From Phoronis australis (taxonomy: Eukaryota; Animalia; Phoronida): DNA of 64,000 nt. The DNA lies in assembly GCA_002633005.1 (NCBI GenBank), contig NMRA01000281.1, positions 389,123 through 453,122 of the forward strand, given 5' to 3'. The notes below the pieces were generated by a model. It was not told the DNA's origin. It was given only the letters and a program-made list of their open reading frames with translations, and searched no databases. Positions 1 to 10,606 of this stretch are shown piece after piece (the first letter of the stretch is position 1; every line of letters begins with the position of its first letter). The translations under genes were made by a program, and so were the position numbers.

Positions 1-119
1 CACAATTCCATGTTTTCATTGTTCAGGAATTTCTGAATTAGTTTTTGTATACATTAGAAACATCTCCCATTTAGTTTCAACTCCCAACAGAGATTAGGTT
101 TTCAAAAACTAGCATCAAT

Positions 120-454
120 CTGGGCTCTGTTTCAAGAAAAGTGACTTAAGACTAACGTTCAACATAACTATTTAATTTGCAAAATAATAAAACTCGGTTT
201 AGCAGAAGAACAAAGTATCTGAGAACATATCTATAACTTCTACTTACAGAGAAAATTTGTACAAATTATTTCTAGGCCGAGATTTGCAAATTACTGCATC
301 AATAAACCTTTTTTGGTATATACTGAAGTGCAGGCAGCAATATGCAAATTGTTACGTGACTAAAATTTTTTGGTGAAATTTAGTGATTAAGCGGGAGCAT
401 AACCCCAAATTTCAACTTTAAGGCTGAAGTCGCTTTTTAAGAAATAGACATCTG
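120..454. mobile_element. Degenerate MITE-like element with ~34-bp imperfect terminal inverted repeats
   Basis: ctgggctctgtttcaagaaaagtgacttaagact (120-153) versus aggctgaagtcgctttttaagaaatagacatctg (421-454). Related ends at ~9895-9917, ~15320-15341 and ~42796-42812. Confidence 0.45.
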
Positions 455-925
455 ATCTAATGTTAAGTATTAGCAGCCGTTTGTACAGCATCGCACACAC
501 TTATACAAAGGCAAACTGTCTACCACTTTTCAAAGAGCTATTACAGACACTGCTGATGTAAGGCTTCAGACAAATGGAACAGTACATACATAGATCAGCA
601 TTAGTGATGACATAGGCTTCTACCGTTGGTTCTTGTACATGTCTATAGACAAAATAGAAGGTATCACGAAACTGGTCGTGTTTGTAATGGAAAAGTAGAC
701 TAAGAATTTTTGCTAATAAGTGTTGCCAAGGAGAGCTAAATTCATGAACTCTCAATACGATTTACATTATGGCGAATTTTTATTAACCCTCATGGCTGTG
801 AAAATTTGTACATCAAGGTTTTTACATTTTTTTCAAGACTTTTCAAGGTATTAAAGCTAGTATTATCCTTTCCCAGGTTTTCAATCACTAGGAATCACGA
901 GACATCAATGAATGAGAGGAATCAC

Positions 926-3672
926 CTCAGTCTCATTTCGTAAACTGGAGAACTCGCTTTTCTCCAAAATAACCATGTCTTTCTTAATGGCAGCAAGGTG
1001 ACTCATGATCTGCTGAACAGAGATCTCCAGCTGCGCCTTGTTCACCAGTTGTCGCTGTTGAATGTCCGAGTGTGTACTCATAATCTGCATGAGAGCCTCA
1101 GTCATACCCTCTGCCTGCTCTGATGTGAAACCTGCGTGAATTAGAAAAGAAGCGCAATTAATTTGCTGAACAACTAATTTCTTTCAATTTCAGGAGGTAG
1201 AAAGGATCCCATGATTGCACCTCTTCAGGGCCCCAGTCATACTCTATACCACCAGTGGTATGAAACATGAGTGAATTAGAAAAGCTAAATTAATTTGATG
1301 AAAACTAAAACTAATTTCCTTCTACTTCAGGGAGTGGAAAGGATTCCATGACCATAGCTCTAAATTCCACCTATCATCCTTGACCAGCAAACACCAACTC
1401 CCCTGTCGAAATACCCACTAAATTATACACACATGCCAAAAATACTCTATACGCGAAGTAAGATAAAAGACTATGCAAATGCTTAACAACAGACTAGATA
1501 AATAATTAGATTATGAAAGAGCCATTATCCACAACTGAAAACAGATGATACTTTAGTAACGTGTCCACCATAGGTGTCATAAATTGGTGATTTTGCCAAA
1601 TAGCAATAGGACACAATATGACAAACAGGTGCAATTGTATTTTCCCATTTTTATACCAGATATGTAGCACAAAATTAAAGCTTTACAATGTTCAAGTTTA
1701 GTATGATATCTACCATTACACACAACTTTGAGAACATCCAAGTACCCACAATAATGTAAGGTCGTGAAAAATGAGAAAAGAGCAATGTTTCTGAAACTGA
1801 CCGTAAACCTTTAATGGAAATGCCCACAGAGCACTACCTGAGTGTGTGAGTTGCTTAACAAGTTGAAGTGAGTCAAACTGGGCAACTCGAGTTGCTGAGG
1901 CCACCAAGTCCACTTTCCTGACGTCTGTTTCTATGAAACGGCTCAACACTGCAAAAAAGAAAAACAATCTTCAAGGAAATTCAAAATACTTTTGTGTTCA
2001 GCGAGACATCTGGCCTACTACTAGAATAAAAGGGTGTGAATTTCAAAAAAAAAAGATATTTGTAAAAATATTGCAACCCCCGCCAAAACTTTCTTCCATC
2101 TGAAATGGGTTTTAGAGGTCTTGACATGGGAGCAGCCGGTAGGAAGCATTTTGATTGCACACCACGAGTTGGACTGCATGTAAAGCAAAACTCATCTCAA
2201 CCAGCTCAATTTACAACTCTGTTTCAAAGTTGACAATTTTGACCGCATTACCCATTAATGGGGATATAATGTCAGTACATAAACACAACATATGAACAAA
2301 ACAGCTACGCGTAGATCCAATGTTCATTCAACATGTGTTGTGACCAGTGACAGGACCAAGAGGTCAAGGTCAAATTGGTGCAGATTTAGTGAGGGTGGAG
2401 ACACCCTCTAACCATGACTAAAACAGCATGAATACTGGTTAACATGTTTTTAGTCACAGTTTGGGTAATCCTTAACTTATGACGTCGTGAAACTGAGTCC
2501 GGGAAACACTGTTCACAAGTTGAGAAATTTTCAAGTTTTGTTTTTCAACACGGTAATATCTCACAAATTTCAGACAAACATATGTCAAAACTGATCTTTT
2601 AAATTTTTTCCAAGGGCTTTTAACGTTCTCAAGAATGCCAACAATTTCTCAGACATACAGACTTTGGTAGAGATAATCAAAAACGACATAGCACTTATTC
2701 CGTGCTACTATGTTTCATGGAGAAATAGAATTTCACCCATTGGCCATATTGTGTCCTAAATTACTAAGATTTTACCGTACTAAAAAAAAAACATACCAAA
2801 AAAAACATACAGTGTTCTCACTTCTTTTGCGCATGAGACACCATGCTCAAAACTTGACCATTACACTAAAAGTTTGAGCCTGTGTGATCAATTTCAGGTT
2901 GTCATGCCAACCAATTACTAAAGTCTTTCCACATGAATGTCATTATTGCAGTCACCTACTTCACTATCACGCCTATAGCAGTCAGAATCTTGCTAGTTAT
3001 TACCCAGTAATTGACCTAAATATTCGCAATGAAATTTCGTTTAGAGAAAACTGATGAACTACGCAAATGGTTAGGAAATGATTAACGATGAATAGGTGCA
3101 CAACTGGTGCGAGAACATGGCTGATATTTTTAGCTAGTAAGTTACCAAGTAACTTGCAGTGGTAATAAGATAGTATTTGGCTTTTGGAAATGTGAGGTTT
3201 GATAAGAGTACCAAAATAGAGGAGTTTACTGACGTGCAAGTTCCATTTTGATTTTGTTGAGAGTTGACTCTACATATGTTTTAATAGCGGAGGATTGCCA
3301 ACTTATCACCAGCAACACTAGTGAATGTGCAGGTTGAACACACATTTTCTCTCTTTCAGGTCTTGTTGTTGGAGGGAGGGTAGACAGGTCCTCCATATCA
3401 TGGTTTGTGCAGCATCTTAAACAAGTGTTTAAAAACAGTTTGCCAAGTCTGCCAAGACTCTTTACTTTAACTTTACTTCTAGTTCTGGTTACCGTGAACA
3501 TTCACTCATCTTAGAGAAGATAACCGAATACTTAGCATTCAATTCAAGACTCCCTACATGTTGGACATAAGCTGAATAGGTTAGAATCCATAAGAAGTTG
3601 TAAATTATGGAAATTTGGCTGCATTTTAAACAGTTTCCGAACATACGGCAACCCCTTCATGGGCGCCGACAT
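926..3672 (-). CDS. MCUR1: MCUR1/CCDC90-family mitochondrial coiled-coil protein, 5' part (gene continues off the left edge)
   Basis: Exons 3672-3558 (MSAPMKGLPYVRKLFK..., basic, presequence-like; least certain), 1948-1838 (..SRFIETDVRKVDLVASATRVAQFDSLQLVKQLTHS) and 1131-926 (GFTSEQAEGMTEAL...HLAAIKKDMVILEKSEFSSLRNETE). GT-AG boundaries join in phase 1/1/0. FD..LV..L...GFT..QAE and KDMVILEKSEFS.LR.E are hallmark CCDC90/MCUR1 motifs. MCUR1 versus CCDC90B cannot be separated. Confidence 0.88.
1123..1361. repeat. Diverged tandem duplication (offset 135 bp) spanning the MCUR1 exon-3 acceptor
   Basis: gtgaattagaaaag..aattaatttg..aactaatttc..ttcagg..gaaaggat.ccatga at 1136 and 1271. Confidence 0.8.
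1600..1815 (-). repeat. Interspersed repeat family R1, copy A
   Basis: The reverse complement aligns by eye with 2540-2790 and 40690-40945 (catattgtgtccta core; tcttttctcatttttca). Confidence 0.6.
2540..2790 (+). repeat. Interspersed repeat family R1, copy B
   Basis: tttcacccattggccatattgtgtcctaaattactaagattttaccgtac matches 40892-40941. Confidence 0.65.
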
Positions 3673-3881
3673 CTTTCTTGACCTATATTTCTGAAACGAG
3701 GCTTTATGTATCGGGCGATTTGATTCGTCTTTGCTGATGTCAAATCGTTTTTTATTGGCCATACATTTTGAGGGCATTTAATTTCAAAAGTCGATCATTT
3801 CGCATTACCTCTCCTGATAGGGACGACGTCCAAACGCTTTTGCAGAAATCTGTGATACTTTTGTCTCAGGAATCAACATCA
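3673..3881. promoter_or_regulatory. Compact bidirectional promoter shared by MCUR1-like and UBE2C
   Basis: Only 209 bp between the divergent ATGs; CpG-rich; inverted CCAAT (ATTGG 3754-3758) and CHR-like TTCAAA (3783-3788). Confidence 0.7.
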
Positions 3882-6800
3882 ATGGCTAGCCAAAATATGG
3901 ACCCCGCAATAGCTATTGCAGCGGAAAAAGACAAAATATCATCGAGCTCAAAGACAAACGATACAAACTTAACCAAAAGGTAACTTTTTGTCACTGTTCT
4001 GTGTTCAGCTGTCATATTGTCATAACTATTTAACTGGTGAGATATTTGTTTAACATGTAACTCTTTGAACTTCATTTTCTAGGACTTGGAGACCATGATT
4101 AGAAATACTTCGTGTTTCTTTCAAGTTTGCCGTGCTTAAACTTGGAATTGCGCTTGATCTCAAGGTCGTGTATGCGTGAACTATCAGAGAAATCTTGGAA
4201 AGTTCACTCAAGTAATCACCTTGTCTTCATCGACTAGATGCAGACAGACTTGATCACCGTCTAGCTGGCCCAGTAGGGACGGTGGAGCTCCTATAGCAAC
4301 TTCATACGCCGGCGAATTATGCTTCAAACTGACTAAAACATCAAAGTCACGTTGATGTAAATACCTTTTGTGCATCTAGAGGGACACCAAAAGCGTAGGT
4401 CAGGAGGCCGTTGATGCATTTAATTCAAGGTTCCAACTCGATGAAATTCTCCCGTTATCAAACTTTTTCTTCGAGTAGTCCCTTTTTCCAGAATCGGTAA
4501 CTCGCCATTTTTACACTGAGCATGCCAGGGATATGACATCACACCACCTGCCACGCGCATTGTTAAAAATGGTGAGGAATTATGCATTGACGACCTCCTA
4601 AGGTGTCCCTTTATGCGCTAAAGGTATTTATAGCAACGTGACTTTGATGTTTTAGTTAGAGTGAGACATACTTCGCCCACCGAAAAGCTTCCGGCGGATG
4701 AAGCTCCTACATGGGAGCTCCACAGGCTCTACTGGGCCAGCTAGAGCCAGTGTCTAGACGAGCTGATGAAAATGTGCAGTGCACTTTATAAAAACAAATC
4801 ACAATTGTTGTTATATATATTAGTAAAATATCCAATTATAGCATTCCAAGAAATAGAACAGATTACAGGAAAAAGCTGTCTGCCTATTTGATGTAAAATA
4901 GTCGGGTGCCTCCATCTGGGGCACCCCTTAATGTTTGCGCTACCTGTAAACGACCTAGCTTTATATGTTATGTGGACTTTTTTAAATTGTTATAGGAGTT
5001 GTTCTCGTCTTTGTTGACATACAATGACGCAATACACTGGACAGAGTGTAGAGTGTGGTCACCTGAATCAAGAAGAAGTGTATTTTATCAAACCTGTGTT
5101 AGCTTTTTTCATCTTTTGGCAATTTTATTCACACAAGAATAATTGATTGACAGGAATTTCAGAAAATAGTCCCATGCATGGTTATACACATGGAAGACCT
5201 TTCGAAATTGTAACCTCTTTGAAACGTATGCGTTTTTAATGTATAGATGATGCTCCTATTTCACTGAGCTCAAAGTTGACACCTATGATCACTCCACAAA
5301 TTTAAATATATTACAAACTAGTGGCATTGTTTTCCATGTGGCTAACCAATTTAGTCTACTGAGGAGAAAGTGTAATTTTGAATGCCATTTGTTTTTCATC
5401 ATATTTTTGCTCACTTTTTACCCCTTCCTTTCCAAAGTTGTAGAATTTCACATCGAGGCTATATTTGAACAGACCTTTGCACCTATTCAGTTATTATGTC
5501 CTGGGCCACAAATCAAATAGAGCGGTCGCTGATTTTGAGTCAATTTTTCCAGTCAATAAGTTGCGGCTGTAGCCCATTTGTCAATGATTGCCTGTTTCTT
5601 GAAATCAACTAACTATATTTAGGACTGACCTTTCCTAATGAATGGTTTTCAAAATCTAAAGTTATCCTGTCAACACTGCTGTGCCGATGGCAGATGGCAT
5701 CCAATGATGTATGCACTCCCAAACATGCTAGCATAGTATTGTCAAACCTGCAAGACACTAATACGCCTATTATAATAAATGTTTCATTCCTGGCTTGCCT
5801 TTCTTGTTTTAGATTTGAATGGTCTTAAAAAATTATCTTTTTTATTTCTAGGTTAAACAGAGAGCTAATGCTTGTAATGGTGAGTATTCAATAACTGTTT
5901 CTGACTGGTAAAATGATGAAATCTTGTGAATTTAGTATACTGCATTGAAGCCAAATAGAAGAAATAAAAGATTAGTAGCATTGCAGACAAATGCTTTCTG
6001 TTCTTTGACTTCTATACCAAAAATGTTTTTTAGAAATTGATCGTTTTCCCGACATTGTTAGAAACTGTTGCATTTTATCTGCAAGATTTTCCACTCATTA
6101 TATCCTCATGCTATTATAAACATGAGGTGAAAGACGTGACCCATAAGATAAGAGTGTTGTGTGACTCTAGAGTCAAAAGAGTGCTTCATCAATGATAGGA
6201 TGAAGTACTTTTATATTAGAACAGGAAAGTAATTTAATTTCTGTTAATTAGACCGCATTGGCAACCTATAGGCAGCATTTCATTAAATTTACAGACTGAC
6301 TGTTGGCGATGATTGGTTAGGTACTCTATTAATTTTGCATACCCGTCAGCTACGAAGTCTGTACATATGTACATACCGGTGTGCAGTTTATATATGGTAC
6401 ACACCGACACGTGTATTTTGTGGTGCCTAAGTGGAGAATTACTGTATAGCTGGAATGTTCAACACTGCGATGCCTGCTATAGTTAGTATTGCGCATTGTT
6501 TGTCTTCTTCTTTGCATTTGTCTGTGGTGTGACTTTCTTTTCAAATATTGAACTTTTTTCAAATTCATTTTTTCATCTCCTTTTCAGACGTCTGGCATCA
6601 AGGGTATTTCAGCTTTTCCTGTTGGTGATAGTTTATTCAGTTGGATTGGCACAATAGATGGTGCCAAAGGAACAGTAAGTCTTTGACAGGTTACCTAACA
6701 ATGGTGAGCATGACTGGTGAAATTTCTGACCAAAATATGGAAAATTTAGTCAGAGGCTGGTACAAACAGTGAATTACACACCTGTGCGCGCTCCTTACTT

Positions 6801-9800
6801 CAGTAGTTTGGAGAAGTTCTCAGTTCTCAGTACGTGCCAGAAATAATTCTTTTCTCAACAACTGGGGTGTAGCAGAATTCCATCGTGACTGTTGAATGTT
6901 AAGAGAATTCACGACAGCAAAACAGAATTTATTTCCAGTTAGTTCAAACATGTGACTGTGTAGCTCAACTTTGAATGAGTTTTTATTTCTTGCCAACATT
7001 GCAGTTTTGTGACGAACACAAAGTTAACCAATGCCCGCATTACTCGAGTGCACAAAATTGTGCCCTCCAGATTTCATAGCTATCCACTTTCAAGTTGCCG
7101 CGTACAAATACTGAAATATCTGTTGTCAATTCTCTTAGAACACAGAAAATAGGCAAAAGTGATGCACTTTAAAGCTTTATCGTTTTTCAGTTCTTTTCCA
7201 TGGCTGCCATTATAGGACATAGACACCAGATTCGCTTATTTTCTTAGGAAATTCCCTATAGAGATGTCACCTCAATTTCTAATTAGTGTATTTGCACAGG
7301 AAATTTGAATATTTTTGCTACATGGCAATACAAAGGAAAACATTTTGGCATTGAAAAGTCTTTTAACGACTTCCATTAGTAGAATTGTTGCGTGAGTACC
7401 TTTGGTATTAGCTTGGAGGTGCAATTGCTGAATTTTTAAGCTCCAATGACACCAGCAACCATATAGTCGAGAGACGTTCAGGATGAACATATAACTGGCT
7501 AACCCAGCAGGTGGCGCTAGTATAGTGACATTGCCCTCCTGATGCTGACGCGGCATTATGAGGCACTGGTGAGGCATTTTGACGTTGAGGCTTGTACATC
7601 ACAGATCTTGTGCATTGAAAATATACAAAGTTAGCAGTCCATGTACTATTACTCTATGCTGCCACCTGACATCTTTTCTGAAATTGTGGACATTTCCAAC
7701 AACATAAAGAGGCTGTTATTTTTGGGAAGATTTCTCCCTAGATAACTTTTTCATAAACATTTTGTTGTAATTAGACATTCTTTGTTTTCTACGCATACCA
7801 GTTGTCACATGTTTCTCAAGCAAGTTTGAACTCTGTACTTCTGGTATGAACTTCTAGAACTTCAGATGTTCTTTGTGTCTGAACTAAACCTGTTATGTAT
7901 GTTGTTTACTCAAGGTGTATGAAAACTTACGGTACAAGCTGTCTTTTGAGTTTCCCCGGAGCTACCCTTACACAGCACCCACAGTGAAGTTTGTGACGCC
8001 AATTTACCACCCCAATGTAGACGAACATGGTAATATCTGCCTGGATATCTTGAAGGAAAATTGGGTAGCCTCGTTAGAGGTGCGCACCATCCTGTTGTCT
8101 ATTCAAAGCTTGCTGGGAGGTAGGGATATCTTTGCAATTGCTAACAATGGAGTCAGTTAATTGTGATTGTTATGAACACTTTAATTTGCTAATACTGCTA
8201 CAAAGCTAGAAATTAAAAGTTACATTTTGCCCTGTTTAGCTGGCTAAAAAATGAATACTGAATCGGACTTTTTGCTCTCATCAAATCAGTCTCATAAAAC
8301 ACCTAACTATGATGACAGGATTCTGTTTGTGTTAGGGCTGTTCCAGTAAAATCCGTGTGGGAAGGGGGGGGGCGGCAGTAGAAATAAAAATTCATGGGTG
8401 GCGGTCTTCAGAAAAAAATTCAAATTATGGGTGGTCCTTCCTGTAAGAAGTGATGCATTAAAAATGGGTGGTATTTTTTGACCTGTTAATGTTGACAGGT
8501 TGGTTACTTCAGCCGAACACATCTCCAAAGAAATCAAAACTCAAAAAAAATGCAATTGGCATATATCCTAACTTATCCCAATACAAAAAAGCTCATGTTG
8601 CCAGTGAACAGAGTGCAATATGTTCACTAAGCCATTAATCAAGTCATGGGCAACTTGATTTGAGCCAATTTTTTGTCTGCTGTCCTATTGAATTGAAAAG
8701 TTATGCAACACTAAACTGGTGTTAACACATATAAGAAAATTGATGATTTTTAAATAAAAAGTATGAGGAGTAAGATAAACAAGTTCCAATATTCACTTGA
8801 CATAGAAGTATAAAAGAGTTCGTGGAGACAGTTTGAGATTCATAGATCCTTATAATTAAAAAAATGTTCTTTGAAATTATAGACACATGATGAACAGAGA
8901 CACCTGGTGGCTGCCAAAAGTATTGCTCACAGGCTACTTTAGTTTTTGACAATATTGGACAAGACAACTAGTTCTTGTCTGTCAATCATCTAAGTTCTTA
9001 ACAGGTCCTCCTGGAAGCAATTTTTTTGCAAGTGTTGGATTTTATATTTTAACCTATTAAAAATAATTAAAAAATTATGGGTCATGGGTCGGAGAAATAA
9101 ATGAAAAATATGGGCGGTGGGTACGAAATAAAAGTGCCTTCCCCCCTCCCATACAGATTTTGCTGGAACAGCCCTTAGTTATTCAAGCCACAGGTCATGC
9201 ATAGAATTACCATTCTCGAAGTCACAATTTCAGGATTAACCAACTCGTTTTGTTGTTTCATGTTGATAATTGAAATAGTCCTGGCATGGCAAGTAATTTT
9301 ATGAGAGTAAAAGGCCTATTCAATTTTGATTTATAATACAGCTAAACATGGCAAAATGTAACATTTAGGTTGACATCTTGTTCAACTGGTATTAGTGCAG
9401 TTATCTTGCATACTTCACCACGTAGACAGCATGTGCAGTATAACTCCACATCATTTCATTGTACGGGCCACAAAGAGGTGATGCCCAACTACATGGTGTA
9501 CAGCAAATAGCAACCAGTGCCACAAACAGGAGCTCATCTAAGTTCCCTAGGTCTCCTGCATGTTTTTGCATGTGAAAATGCATATTGTGTTTCCCTATGA
9601 TGTTCTAGTTCATTACTGTGTCAGTTTTTAATTTGGTACAAATCGAGGGTGAGCTCCGTGTTGAACACTCAAATTTATTGAAAATTAATAGGATCTTTTC
9701 ATGCATCCCCCCTAATTTAAGGATTAAATCCCTGTTTATTTGTCATCAAACTCAGGGCTCAGTTTTCAGTTATAATGGCATTGATCAATGAGGAGCTAAG

Positions 9801-10606
9801 GATAAAGATGAAATGATAGTAAGTGTGAGTAAAAAAACGACACAAATACTTATATTGGTTTGTGGCCAGGAACTTAGTTGATACCCATTAGGGACTATTT
9901 CATGCAACAGGGCACAGATAACCAGAGAAGCGAATCACTCCTCTGGCATACTCTAGGCATAAGAGCACTGTCCTGTCTATATTGCGCTCTGTATTGCAGG
10001 TTTATCTCCAGTTAGTTGATGTGGTCACTTCTGGCTGAGAATGTGCTGTGTTCAGCTTTTGAGCATGAATGTGTTGCAGTGCTCTTGCTTCACTGCTGGA
10101 TTAACAAGAATTATTCAGTTCTAGCTTTTAAAGTCTCGAGAATCTATTAGTAATTTATAATTCATTGGTTGAATTGTTGAAATCTTCATTTAAAAGACAT
10201 TATATAACATGGCCATGGAGTGATGTGATGTCATAAAATTGACCACCAAAGATTATAATGCTCATCACAGAAAGTTAATATACTATAAGAATTGTCAATT
10301 CTGTTCAATTTTAGTAAAAGAACTCATTTTGTGACGTCACAAAATTTTATGCTGTGAACATCTTTTGAATTTCTTTGTACGGCAGATTTATGATCCAGAA
10401 ATTAACTAGACTGAGCACAATGGTGGCATATAGTGGAGACATAACAGTGTATTGAGTTCAACATGGAGAGTCTTTTCCTTATTTCAGAGCCCAACAACGC
10501 TAGTCCATTAAACGTGCAAGCTGCTGAAATGTGGGACAATCAGGAGCTGTTCAAGGCCACACTGCTGAAGCATTACAAGGAAAAGGTGGAACAGACAAAA
10601 CAATAA
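3882..10606 (+). CDS. UBE2C: Ubiquitin-conjugating enzyme E2 C (UbcH10 type), 5 coding exons, 178 aa
   Basis: Exons 3882-3979, 5852-5879, 6588-6674, 7915-8119, 10488-10606 (537 nt, all GT-AG, in frame). N-terminal MASQNMDP, then [22 protein letters not shown], catalytic [17 protein letters not shown] and [21 protein letters not shown]. Confidence 0.97.
4125..4220 (+). repeat. Interspersed repeat fragment shared (inverted) with 55925-56015
   Basis: aacttggaat..atctcaaggtcg.gta.gc...aagttcactcaa.taat is present in both places in opposite orientation. Confidence 0.55.
4241..4757. mobile_element. Palindromic (foldback) MITE, family F1, in UBE2C intron 1
   Basis: Arms ctagctggcccagtag..ggagctc..ctaaaacatcaaagtcacgttg..aaataccttt and their reverse complements ending ctactgggccagctag (4744). 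Homologous copies at 58693-59228 and 59229-59624. Confidence 0.85.
8218..9368. mobile_element. Older inverted-repeat element interrupted by the MITE at 8335-9174
   Basis: ttacattttgccctgtttagctg (8221) versus cagctaaacatggcaaaatgtaa (9339-9361); ttttgctctcat versus atgagagtaaaa. One arm recurs at ~35520-35605. Confidence 0.6.
8335..9174. mobile_element. PIF/Harbinger-type (Tourist-like) MITE, family H1, copy 1
   Basis: TIRs gggctgttccagtaaaatccgtgtggga / tcccatacagattttgctggaacagccc, flanked by a TTA/TTA target-site duplication; second copy at 57400-57963. Confidence 0.85.

Noticed and set aside
3226-3501. ORF as an additional MCUR1 exon
   Set aside because: No family similarity, and exons 3672-3558 and 1948-1838 already join in phase.
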